64,000 nucleotides of DNA from Nemertoderma westbladi. Taxonomy: Eukaryota > Animalia > Xenacoelomorpha. The position numbers and the translations under genes are program-made. The first letter of the stretch is position 1. Every line of letters starts with the position of its first letter. The notes under the pieces were generated by a model. The model worked only from the letters and a program-made list of their open reading frames with translations, was not told where the DNA came from and searched no databases. Location of the stretch: contig JAUCBJ010008862.1 in the NCBI GenBank assembly GCA_032718475.1, forward strand, positions 57,624-121,623. Reading direction: 5' to 3'. Below, piece by piece: positions 39,050 through 51,532 of this stretch.

Positions 39050-39419
39050 ATTTGTATAGAAAATGTTCGTTCGTTATGTTCGTTTGCTATTCATTTTTAA
39101 AAAAGTTATGTTCTAGAACAAATATTTTTTGTTCTAGAACATTTTTTAGAAAAAGATCTAGATTCTATTTAAAACGCATTGAATCGTTCTAAAACGTGTT
39201 TAAAATCAATAAAAAAAATGTGAAAAAAAAATATTGTGAATAAAATTTTGAAAATTTTTTTTATTGATTTTAAACACATTTTAGAACGATTCAATGCGTT
39301 TTAAATATAATCTAGATCTTTTTCTAAAAAATGTTCTAGAACCAAAAATATTCGTTCTAGAACGTGTTTTTTTCTTAAAATGAATAGCTAACATGTTCTG
39401 GAACATTTTCTATACAAAT
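39050..39419. mobile_element. AT-rich foldback (palindromic) MITE
   Basis: atttgtatagaaaatgttc...ttctagaacattttttagaaaaagatctagatt...aaaacgcattgaatcgttctaaaa is mirrored at 39250-39419. Confidence 0.85.
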
Positions 39420-39845
39420 AGTAACAAGAACTAGCTACTACAAAATATTTATAGAGGGAAGTAGGATGTCGGAACCAGTGTTGAAATTACTAGCTAAACC
39501 TATCTAAAACACTAGCTACCATAAAATTTAGTAACTTGCTTAACGAGGGGACTTCAATTACGACCGTTAACCAAATTGCAGCTAATGAAAATTTATAGAA
39601 CTTTCCCCATATGAAAATAGTCTAAAAAAAACTGGCCTCTTTTTTTAAGGCCAAATCGACAACCTGTTAGGCCGTATATATAGTAGGCCATGGTACTACT
39701 TACACCATTTATAGCAATAGGTTCAGCTGAGTTTGTATATCTTATACACCCAGTCTATATGCCATCCATACAGCAACATAACTCCTTAAGCATATTATAA
39801 TCTTCATAATTTATTGTTTTACAATTACAATTGATCCTCTTACAG

Positions 39846-39924
39846 GGGACTGTGGAGTCCAATGGTCCTGGCAGAACAACAGATGTTACCATGGTTACCC
39901 CTCACAGTGTCGCAGCAATACAAG
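39846..39924 (+). CDS. Gene 2 exon (GTVESNGPGRTTDVTMVTPHSVAAIQ)
   Basis: cttacag| ... AAG|gtaata, open frame, phase 0-1. Confidence 0.7.
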
Positions 39925-40053
39925 GTAATATTCATTGATTATGGTGTGGAGTTATTTGGTAAATTCGTTATTATAAAGTTTAGAAACAGTTAAATTTATT
40001 GGATCCCATCTATGGGACTAAGTGTAACCAAACCCAATGGTTATGTTCTTTAG

Positions 40054-40161
40054 GTGCCCCGCCGCCAACGTCATTCTATGGCGATGTTGTGACGCAATCA
40101 GCTTCAGCTGTAGATTATGGTCGCCATGGTTACGATACAGATAATAGCCATGTTGGACGAG
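40054..40161 (+). CDS. Gene 2 exon (GAPPPTSFYGDVVTQSASAVDYGRHGYDTDNSHVGR)
   Basis: ttctttag| ... GAG|gtgagt, phase 1-1, consistent with both neighbours. Confidence 0.75.
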
Positions 40162-43100
40162 GTGAGTACCACAAGGGTCGGTATTCGGGTACGAGGTGAG
40201 TACCACAAGGGTCGGTATTCGGGTACGAGGTGAGTACCACAAGGGTCGGTATTCGGGTACGAGGTGAGTACCACAAGGGTCGGTATTCGGGTACGAGGTG
40301 AGTACCACAAGGGTCGGTATTCGGGTACGAGGTGAGTACCACAAGGGTCGGTATTCGGGTACGAGGTGAGTACCACAAGGGTCGGTATTCGGGTACGAGG
40401 TGAGTACCACAAGGGTCGGTATTCGGGTACGAGGTGAGTACCACAAGGGTCGGTATTCGGGTACGAGGTGAGTACCACAAGGGTCGGTATTCGGGTACGA
40501 GGTGAGTACCACAAGGGTCGGTATTCGGGTACGGGGTGAGTACCACCAGGGTCGGTATTCGGGTACGGGGTGAGTACCACAAGGGTCGGTATTCGGGTAC
40601 GAGGTGAGTACCACAAGGGTCGGTATTCGGGTACGAGGTGAGTACCACAAGGGTCGGTATTCGGGTACGAGGTGAGTACCACAAGGGTCGGTATTCGGGT
40701 ACGAGGTGAGTACCACCAGGGTCGGTATTCGTGTACGAGGTGAGTACCACCAGGGTCGGTATTCGGGTACGAGGTGAGTACCACCAGGGTCGGTATTCGT
40801 GTACGAGGTGAGTACCACCAGGGTCGGTATTCGGGTACGAGGTGAGTACCACCAGGGTCGGTATTCGTGTACGAGGTGAGTACCACCAGGGTCGGTATTC
40901 GGGTACGAGGTGAGTACCACCAGGGTCGGTATTCGTGTACGAGGTGAGTACCACCAGGGTCGGTATTCGGGTACGAGGTGAGTACCACCAGGGTCGGTAT
41001 TCGGGTACGAGGTGAGTACCACCAGGGTCGGTATTCGTGTACGAGGTGAGTACCACCAGGGTCGGTATTCGGGTACGAGGTGAGTACCACCAGGGTCGGT
41101 ATTCGTGTACGAGGTAAGTACCACCAGGGTCGGTATTCGGGTACGAGGTGAGTACCACCAGGGTCGGTATTCGTGTACGAGGTGAGTACCACCAGGGTCG
41201 GTATTCGTGTACGAGGTGAGTACCACCAGGGTCGGTAACCGGGTACGAGGTGAGTACCACCAGGGTCGGTATTCGTGTACGAGGTGAGTACCACCAGGGT
41301 CGGTATTCGGGTACGAGGTGAGTACCACCAGGATCGGTATTCGGGTACGAGGTGAGTACCACCAGGGTCGGTATTCGTGTACGAGGTGAGTACCACAAGG
41401 GTCGGTATTCGGGTACGAGGTGAGTACCACAAGGGTCGGTATTCGGGTACGAGGTGAGTACCACAAGGGTCGGTATTCGGGTACGAGGTGAGTACCACAA
41501 GGGTCGGTATTCGGGTACGAGGTGAGTACCACAAGGGTCGGTATTCGGGTACAAGGTGAGTACCACAAGGGTCGGTATTCGGGTACGAGGTGAGTACCAC
41601 AAGGGTCGGTATTCGGGTACAAGGTGAGTACCACAAGGGTCGGTATTCGGGTACGAGGTGAGTACCACAAGGGTCGGTATTCGGGTACGAGGTGAGTACC
41701 ACAAGGGTCGGTATTCGGGTACGAGGTGAGTACCACAAGGGTCGGTATTCGGGTACGAGGTGAGTACCACAAGGGTCGGTATTCGGGTACGAGGTGAGTA
41801 CCACAAGGGTCGGTATTCGGGCACGGGGTGAGTACCACCAGGGTCGGTATTCGGGTACGGGGTGAGTACCGCAAGGGTCGGTATTCGGGTACGAGGTGAG
41901 TACCACAAGGGTCGGTATTCGGGTACGAGGTGAGTACCACAAGGGTCGGTATTCGGGTACGGGGTGAGTACCACAAGGGTCGGTATTCGGGTACGAGGTG
42001 AGTACCACAAGGGTCGGTATTCGTGTACGAGGTGAGTACCACAATGGTCGGTATTCGGGTACGAGGTGAGTACCACAAGGTTCGGTATTCGGGTACGAGG
42101 TGAGTACCACAAGGGTCGGTATTCAGGTACGAGGTGAGTACCACAAGGTTCGGTATTCGTGTACGAGGTGAGTACCACAAGGGTCGGTATTCGGGTACGA
42201 GGTGAGTACCACAAGGGTCGGTATTCGGGTACGAGGTGAGTACCACAAGGGTCGGTATTCGGGTACGAGGTGAGTACCACAAGGGTCGGTATTCGGGTAC
42301 GAGGTGAGTACCACAAGGGTCGGTATTCGGGTACGAGGTGAGTACCACAAGGGTTGGTATTCGGGTACGAGGTGAGTACCACAAGGGTCGGTATTCGGGT
42401 ACGAGGTGAGTACCACAAGGGTCGGTATTCGGGTACGAGGTGAGTACCACAAGGGTCGGTATTCGGGTACGAGGTGAGTACCACAAGGGTCGGTATTCGG
42501 GTACGAGGTGAGTACCACAAGGGTCGGTATTCGGGTACGGGGTGAGTACCACCAGGGTCGGTATTCGGGTACGGGGTGAGTACCACAAGGGTCGGTATTC
42601 GGGTACGAGGTGAGTACCCCAAGGGTCGGTATTCGGGTACGAGGTGAGTACCACAAGGGTCGGTATTCGGGTACGAGGTGAGTACCACAAGGGTCGGTAT
42701 TCGTGTACGAGGTGAGTACCACCAGGGTCGGTATTCGTGTACGAGGTGAGTACCACCAGGGTCGGTATTCGGGTACGAGGTGAGTACCACCAGGGTCGGT
42801 ATTCGTGTACGAGGTGAGTACCACCAGGGTCGGTATTTGGGTACGAGGTGAGTACCACCAGGGTCGGTATTCGTGTACGAGGTGAGTACCACCAGGGTCG
42901 GTATTCGGGTACGAGGTGAGTACCACCAGGGTCGGTATTCGTGTACGAGGTGAGTACCACCAGGGTCGGTATTCGGGGACGAGGTGAGTACCACCAGGGT
43001 CGGTATTCGGGTACGAGGTGAGTACCACCAGGGTCGGTATTCGTGTACGAGGTGAGTACCACCAGGGTCGGTATTCGGGTACGAGGTGAGTACCACCAGG

Positions 43101-46100
43101 GTCGGTATTCGTGTACGAGGTGAGTACCACCAGGGTCGGTATTCGGGTACGAGGTGAGTACCACCAGGGTCGGTATTCGTGTACGAGGTGAGTACCACCA
43201 GGGTCGGTATTCGTGTACGAGGTGAGTACCACCAGGGTCGGTATTCGGGTACGAGGTGAGTACCACCAGGGTCGGTATTCGTGTACGAGGTGAGTACCAC
43301 CAGGGTCGGTATTCGGGTACGAGGTGAGTACCACCAGGGTCGGTATTCGGGTACGAGGTGAGTACCACCAGGGTCGGTATTCGGGTACGAGGTGAGTACC
43401 ACAAGGGTCGGTATTCGGGTACGAGGTGAGTACCACAAGGGTCGGTATTCGGGTACGAGGTGAGTACCACAAGGGTCGGTATTCGGGTACGAGGTGAGTA
43501 CCACAAGGGTCGGTATTCGGGTACGAGGTGAGTACCACAAGGGTCGGTATTCGGGTACAAGGTGAGTACCACAAGGGTCGGTATTCGGGTACGAGGTGAG
43601 TACCACAAGGGTCGGTATTCGGGTACAAGGTGAGTACCACAAGGGTCGGTATTCGGGTACGAGGTGAGTTCCACAAGGGTCGGTATTCGGGTACGAGGTG
43701 AGTACCACAAGGGTCGGTATTCGGGTACGAGGTGAGTACCACAAGGGTCGGTATTCGGGTACGAGGTGAGTACCACAAGGGTCGGTATTCGGGTACGAGG
43801 TGAGTACCACAAGGGTCGGTATTCGGGCACGAGGTGAGTACCACCAGGGTCGGTATCCGGGTACGGGGTGAGTACCACAAGGGTCGGTATTCGGGTACGA
43901 GGTGAGTACCACAAGGGTCGGTATTCTGGTACGAGGTGAGTACCACAAGGGTCGGTATTCGGGTACGGGGTGAGTACCACAAGGGTCGGTATTCGGGTAC
44001 GAGGTGAGTACCACAAGGGTCGGTATTCGTGTACGAGGTGAGTACCACAATGGTCGGTATTCGGGTACGAGGTGAGTACCACAAGGTTCGGTATTCGGGT
44101 ACGAGGTGAGTACCACAAGGGTCGGTATTCAGGTACGAGGTGAGTACCACAAGGTTCGGTATTCGTGTACGAGGTGAGTACCACAAGGTTCGGTATTCGG
44201 GTACGAGGTGAGTACCACAAGGGTCGGTATTCAGGTACGAGGTGAGTACCACAAGGTTCGGTATTCGTGTACGAGGTGAGTACCACAAGGGTCGGTATTC
44301 GGGTACGAGGTGAGTACCACAAGGGTTGGTATTCGGGTACGAGGTGAGTACCACAAGGGTCGGTATTCGGGTACGAGGTGAGTACCACAAGGGTCGGTAT
44401 TCGGGTACGGGGTCAGTACCACAAGGGTCGGTATTCGGGTACGAGGTGAGTACCACAAGGGTCGGTATTCGGGTACGAGGTGAGTACCACAAGGGCCGGT
44501 ATTCAGGTACGTGGTGAGTACCACAAGGGTCGGTATTCGGGTACGGGGTCAGTACCACAAGGGTCGGTATTCGGGTACGAGGTGAGTACCACAAGGGTCG
44601 GTATTCGGGTACGAGGTGAGTACCACAAGGGTCGGTATTCGGGTACGAGGTGAGTACCACAAGGGTCGGTATTCGGGTACGAGGTGAGTACCACAAGGGT
44701 CGGTATTCGGGTACGAGGTGAGTACCACAATGGTCGGTATTCGGGTACGTGGTGAGTACCACAAGGGTCGGTATTCGGGTACGAGGTGAGTACCACAAGG
44801 GCCGGTATTCAGGTACGAGGTGAGTACCACAAGGGTCGGTATTCGGGTACGAGGTGAGTACCACAATGGTCGGTATTCGGGTACGAGGTGAGTACCACAA
44901 GGGTCGGTATTCGGGTACGAGGTGAGTACCACAAGGGTCGGTATTCGGGTACGAGGTGAGTACCACAAGGGTCGGTATTCGGGTACGAGGTGAGTACCAC
45001 AAGGGTCGGTATTCGTGTACGAGGTGAGTACCACAAGGGTCGGTATTCGGGTACGAGGTGAGTACCACAAGGGTCGGTATTCGGGTACGAGGTGAGTACC
45101 ACAAGGGTCGGTATTCGGGTACGAGGTGAGTACCACAAGTGTCGGTATTCGGGTACGAGGTGAGTACCACAAGGGTCGGTATTCGGGTACAAGGTGAGTA
45201 CCACAAGGGTCGGTATTCGGGTACGAGGTGAGTACCACAAGGGTCGGTATTCGGGTACAAGGTGAGTACCACAAGGGTCGGTATTCGGGTACGAGGTGAG
45301 TACCACAAGGGTCGGTATTCGGGTACGAGGTGAGTACCACAAGGGTCGGTATTCGGGTACGAGGTGAGTACCACAAGGGTCGGTATTCGGGTACGAGGTG
45401 AGTACCACAAGGGTCGGTATTCGGGTACGAGGTGAGTACCACAAGGGTCGGTATTCGGGCACGAGGTGAGTACCACCAGGGTCGGTATCCGGGTACGGGG
45501 TGAGTACCACAAGGGTCGGTATTCGGGTACGAGGTGAGTACCACAAGGGTCGGTATTCTGGTACGAGGTGAGTACCACAAGGGTCGGTATTCGGGTACGG
45601 GGTGAGTACCACAAGGGTCGGTATTCGGGTACGAGGTGAGTACCACAAGGGTCGGTATTCGTGTACGAGGTGAGTACCACAATGGTCGGTATTCGGGTAC
45701 GAGGTGAGTACCACAAGGTTCGGTATTCGGGTACGAGGTGAGTACCACAAGGGTCGGTATTCAGGTACGAGGTGAGTACCACAAGGTTCGGTATTCGTGT
45801 ACGAGGTGAGTACCACAAGGTTCGGTATTCGGGTACGAGGTGAGTACCACAAGGGTCGGTATTCAGGTACGAGGTGAGTACCACAAGGTTCGGTATTCGT
45901 GTACGAGGTGAGTACCACAAGGGTCGGTATTCGGGTACGAGGTGAGTACCACAAGGGTTGGTATTCGGGTACGAGGTGAGTACCACAAGGGTCGGTATTC
46001 GGGTACGAGGTGAGTACCACAAGGGTCGGTATTCGGGTACGGGGTCAGTACCACAAGGGTCGGTATTCGGGTACGAGGTGAGTACCACAAGGGTCGGTAT

Positions 46101-47784
46101 TCGGGTACGAGGTGAGTACCACAAGGGCCGGTATTCAGGTACGTGGTGAGTACCACAAGGGTCGGTATTCGGGTACGGGGTCAGTACCACAAGGGTCGGT
46201 ATTCGGGTACGAGGTGAGTACCACAAGGGTCGGTATTCGGGTACGAGGTGAGTACCACAAGGGTCGGTATTCGGGTACGAGGTGAGTACCACAAGGGTCG
46301 GTATTCGGGTACGAGGTGAGTACCACAAGGGTCGGTATTCGGGTACGAGGTGAGTACCACAATGGTCGGTATTCGGGTACGTGGTGAGTACCACAAGGGT
46401 CGGTATTCGGGTACGAGGTGAGTACCACAAGGGCCGGTATTCAGGTACGAGGTGAGTACCACAAGGGTCGGTATTCGGGTACGAGGTGAGTACCACAATG
46501 GTCGGTATTCGGGTACGAGGTGAGTACCACAAGGGTCGGTATTCGGGTACGAGGTGAGTACCACAAGGGTCGGTATTCGGGTACGAGGTGAGTACCACAA
46601 GGGTCGGTATTCGGGTACGAGGTGAGTACCACAAGGGTCGGTATTCGGGTACGAGGTGAGTACCACAAGGGTCGGTATTCAGGTACGAGGTGAGTACCAC
46701 AAGGGTCGGTATTCGGGTACAAGGTGAGTACCACAAGGGTCGGTATTCGGGTACAAGGTGAGTACCACAAGGGTCGGTATTCGGGTACGAGGTGAGTACC
46801 ACAAGGGTCGGTATTCGGGTACGAGGTGAGTACCACAAGGGCCGGTATTCGGGTACGAGGTGAGTACCACAAGGGTCGGTATTCGGGTACGAGGTGAGTA
46901 CCACAAGGGCCGGTATTCGGGTACGAGGTGAGTACCACAAGGGTCGGTATATTCGGGTACGAGGTGAGTACCACAAGGGTCGGTATTCGGGTACGAGGTG
47001 AGTACCACAAGGGCCGGTATTCGGGTACGAGGTGAGTACCACAAGGGTCGGTATTCGGGTACGAGGTGAGTACCACAAGGGTCGGTATTCGGGTACAAGG
47101 TGAGTACCACAAGGGTCGGTATTCGGGTACGAGGTGAGTACCACAAGGGTCGGTATTCGGGTACGAGGTGAGTACCACAAGGGCCGGTATTCGGGTACGA
47201 GGTGAGTACCACAAGGGTCGGTATTCGGGTACGAGGTGAGTACCACAAGGGCCGGTATTCGGGTACGAGGTGAGTACCACAAGGGTCGGTATATTCGGGT
47301 ACGAGGTGAGTACCACAAGGGTCGGTATTCGGGTACGAGGTGAGTACCACAAGGGTCGGTATTCGGGTACGAGGTGAGTACCACAAGGGTCGGTATTCGG
47401 GTACGAGGTGAGTACCACAAGGGTCGGTATTCGGGTACGAGGTGAGTACCACAAGGGCCGGTATTCGGGTACGAGGTGAGTACCACAAGGGTCGGTATAT
47501 TCGGGTACGAGGTGAGTACCACAAGGGTCGGTATTCGGGTACGAGGTGAGTACCACAAGGGTCGGTATTCGGGTACGAGGTGAGTACCACAAGGGCCGGT
47601 ATTCGGGTACGAGGTGAGTACCACAAGGGTCGGTATATTCGGGTACGAGGTGAGTACCACAAGGGTCGGTATTCGGGTACAAGGTGAGTACCACAAGGGT
47701 CGGTATTCGGGTACGAGGTGAGTACCACAAGGGTCGGTATTCGGGTACGAGGTCAGTACCACAAGGGTCGGTATTCGGGTACGA
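40157..47784 (+). repeat. 34-bp satellite (~224 copies) made of an exon/intron donor junction of gene 2
   Basis: Unit acgag|gtgagtaccacaagggtcggtattcgggt, bounded by ACGA microhomology. Confidence 0.97.
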
Positions 47785-47932
47785 ACGTCGCTGGTTCAAC
47801 CCCCACCTTCTACTACTACTCTCACATTTTTCGATCAATCATTTTTCGCTTGGTATATTTCTATTTCATTTTGACTTTCAGTTTCACACGTTTCACATCT
47901 CTCGATATATTGTACGATCCCATTGTTTCCAG

Positions 47933-48135
47933 GTCAGCAACCAATCAGCGATTACCCCGGGGCTGTGGGCGGCACCCCCGAGGTCTACAACGATTCCAGT
48001 TTCCAGACTGACGCCACCCTCAGTGAGTCCGTTACCCTGCCGCAGATTGGCAGTCTCTCTGTGATGACGTCACAGGATACACTGATAGAGGATTCAATAG
48101 ACGGGGGTTTACAACATCGATCCCGAATGACACCG
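47933..48135 (+). CDS. Gene 2 exon (GQQPISDYPGAVGG...QHRSRMTP)
   Basis: gtttccag| ... CCG|gtaggg, phase 1-0, open frame. Confidence 0.7.
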
Positions 48136-48464
48136 GTAGGGGGCGTTGTTATCAGCTGATTATTTATATTCCGGCTTCTCACAGGACCTAATCAAAACGG
48201 AGCGATAAGCATTTGGGAATGTTTATACTACGTATAGGGTACAAACAAGGAAATACAAAATATTCGAGAACGTATTGTATATTAACTTACGTCCTTCCTA
48301 TAGTAATGAACCTTACTAGGCAACTTTCCCTATCGTCTTTTAAAATTTGGCGCTTTTTCAACAATCATTTTATAATGCAAACATCCCTAACTTCCCGGTT
48401 ATAGATATTTTAGAATCTTTCGACGCGATTTTTACCATAATATGCCGGCGTGTTACTCGTTTAG

Positions 48465-48710
48465 GGGCCTCCGTTTGCGACTGAGACGGATTTCGGGCCA
48501 CGGTACCAGAACCCACCGCTGGGGGGCGCCCCCTCATTCCAACCACCCCGTCTACGATTCGCAGCGGCGCCGCAAGGTGTCGCCTCTCCTACCTCGTACC
48601 ACGGGTACAACCCTCCCCCATCACCAGGTATACTGGTTCAACCCCCACCCACTGCTCCCATCCATTCCCTACCCCGGTCTATGTACCAAGGGGGACAACC
48701 TTACGGAATG
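48465..48710 (+). CDS. Gene 2 proline-rich exon (GPPFATETDFGPRYQNPP...YQGGQPYGM)
   Basis: cgtttag| ... ATG|gttagt, 82 open codons, phase 0-0. Confidence 0.68.
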
Positions 48711-48919
48711 GTTAGTATTTTATTATTTTGTTTAACATATCTTACTAGATTTGGTTTAATATGCGCCGCTTTGTGTTACGAGCCAAAACTTTCCACCCAT
48801 TAATATTGTAATGAAGTTTTTAAATCCTTAAACGTTTTTATATCTATTTTCCAGTCCACAGCATCTTCTTCGATATTTTCGTACCAATATTTATATGAGA
48901 CTTAGCGAAGATATTCAGC

Positions 48920-51380
48920 GTTCGAAAGTGGCCTCGTGTTTTAGAATCTGTTCGATGCTATTTAATTGCCATAATAAATAGTGTTACAATTCATTGCCCC
49001 CCCCCCCCCCCCCACCCCCCTAATTTGTCTACAAATCTTAATGAGATTGCATGAAATTTGAAACTGAGATAGTTTCACCTCCCGACCACTGACTGGGTGA
49101 ACCAGAATTGTTATATTTTTGCTTTCATTCTTTAGCTACAAGCGTTTGAAAGTAGTGTCTTCGTCGATATTGCGTTGCAGCAGCTACACTTTGCAGTGTA
49201 TTTAATATTTCCCCACGTGCACCTACTGCACCTGTCTGGACAATTAATATTTACACCTACTTTACCATACCACCGCACACATATACTTTACCATACCACC
49301 TCACACACATACTTTACCATACCACCTCACACACATACTTTACCATACCACCGCACACATATACTTTACCATACCACCTCACACACATACTTTACCATAC
49401 CACCTCACACACATACTTTACCATACCAACTCACACACATACTTTACCATACCACCTCACACACATACTTTACCATACCACCTCACACACATACTTTACC
49501 ATACCACCTCACACACATACTTTACCATACCACCTCACACACATACTTTACCATACCAACTCACACACATACTTTACCATACCACCTCACACACATACTT
49601 TACCATACCACCTCACACACATACTTTACCATACCACCTCACACACATACTTTACCATACCACCTCACACACATACTTTACCATACCAACTCACACACAT
49701 ACTTTACCATACCACCTCACACACATACTTTACCATACCACCTCACACACATACTTTACCATACCACCTCACACACATACTTTACCATACCACCTCACAC
49801 ACATACTTTACCATACCACCTCACACACATACTCTACCATACCACCTCACACACATACTCTACCATACCAACTCACACACATACTTTACCATACCACCTC
49901 ACACACATACTTTACCATACCACCTCACACACATACTTTACCATACCACCTCAGACACATACTTTACCATACCACCTCACACACATACTTTACCGTACCA
50001 CCTTATTAAAAAGTATTTACCACCGTTACATAATATTATTATTCATGCATTGCATAATAATTATGACTATATTTGTTTATTTGTTTCCCAATTTTGCGTT
50101 GTATTAATATTTACCGCCGCTGGTACATAATAATATTGTGCCCCTACTTCTCTTATCTCTCCTAATACTTTAACCCTCTTTCCCTGTTGCATTATAACAT
50201 TGGCGGGAAATTTAAAACCGTGAGGTTTGCGTTTTGTGCCGTTCAGTTCATTCTATACATGGCCTGAAGGACTATATTTTATATTATTTACTCTTTAATC
50301 CAGACAAAACTGTCCATAAAAATAGAAATACTACATACGAAACGAAACAGCACAAAACAAATAAACCAGTTATACGTTATTTAATCAACTGTAAATAGTG
50401 AAACCAATTACAATAATTATTATTTACAAAGAAAAATAGGTTCCCAACGGTAGGATACGGGAAACCCTAGCACAGTTAGAGAGAATGTTACCGATTATTG
50501 GATTGGACGTAATCACTTAAAACGACGACTGCCGATTGCAACTGCACGAATATGTTTAAAAGTTGGAATTCCCAATTTGCAACACGTAAGAGAGATACTG
50601 GTTGGTTCATCGTTCGTCATTCTGGGAATTTTGAAACTCATCCTACCGTTATTATAAGCTAATCGTAATTTAGAGTATACATTTAGAGTATGTCCCTTCG
50701 CACAGTTACACAGTAGTTGTTCTTATATATAGTGGTACTGGGTACTGATGGAAAGCTATAAGGCATGCATTGATTCCAAATATGTAAACACATCATAATT
50801 TGGTTGGGAAATAGCTGAGATATGAGCGTTCGAGGTTGCATCTGCTCTAGGCTATTTAATTCATTTAATAAATTCACTATATTTTGGAACATTTTTGTAT
50901 CTCATAAAAGTAGCTTGGCAACAATGCAATATTCCATAATTAAAATGTTCTAGAATGGTGTAAATCATAGAATCAATGGCGTGAAACGGAAGCAAAACCA
51001 TGCAACTTTCGAATGCCCATATCTCAGATTTTTCCCAACCCAAATTAAATGTTTTTACATTTTTGGAATCCTTGCACGGCCAGCTTTCTACTGGTACCAA
51101 CAAATCACTGTAAGGTCCTAAAATAACTGAATATGTGGAACTGATACAATATCGACATCGTCATTGACAGCTTTTTCTAATGATTGTAGCTAAAATGAAA
51201 GCTGAAATAATGGTGGCTCACCCAACTAGGACTAGAGAGGTAAAACTATCTCCATGAAATTTCATGTAATCTCATTAAGATTTCTATGAAAAATTTGGGG
51301 GGGGGGGGGGGGGGTGTCACTGAATTACGACACTATTATTCCTGGGCATGGTGGGTGTATATTGGAAGCCACTTTAAAGG
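48920..51380. mobile_element. Old element bounded by diverged ~250-bp inverted repeats (or two opposed copies of one repeat)
   Basis: polyC-taattt...aaatcttaatgagattgcatgaaattt...gagatagttt...tttagctacaa...gtcgatattg is mirrored at ~51145-51380 (caatatcgac...ttgtagctaaa...aaactatctc...aaatttcatgtaatctcattaagattt...polyG). Confidence 0.65.
49258..50002. repeat. 26-bp minisatellite (~28 copies)
   Basis: Unit actttaccataccacctcacacacat. Confidence 0.95.
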
Positions 51381-51532
51381 ATGAAAGATTAATCTAAAAT
51401 TATGAATGATACTGTTTCCAAAGAAACTTAAAAGCGTTTAGCAGTAATTTGAATTTAATTCGGTCAGTAATACCGCAATACACAACATTTAGTGGTGATT
51501 AGGTCTTTTTTGGGGTTATAAAGTAATTAATT

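Noticed and set aside
47791-47807. 17-bp match ctggttcaacccccacc between the intron just after the 34-bp array and the exon at ~48633
   Set aside because: It is a single short match with no extension, too little to interpret.
40018-47838. Very long minus-strand ORFs (up to 1879 aa)
   Set aside because: A stop-free 34-bp unit cycles through all frames, and there is no unique coding sequence.
49175-50107. His/Thr-rich 310-aa ORF
   Set aside because: This is the translation of the 26-bp minisatellite.
50683-51103. Short minus-strand ORFs
   Set aside because: There are no recognisable motifs or consistent splice structure, and they lie within a probable old element.
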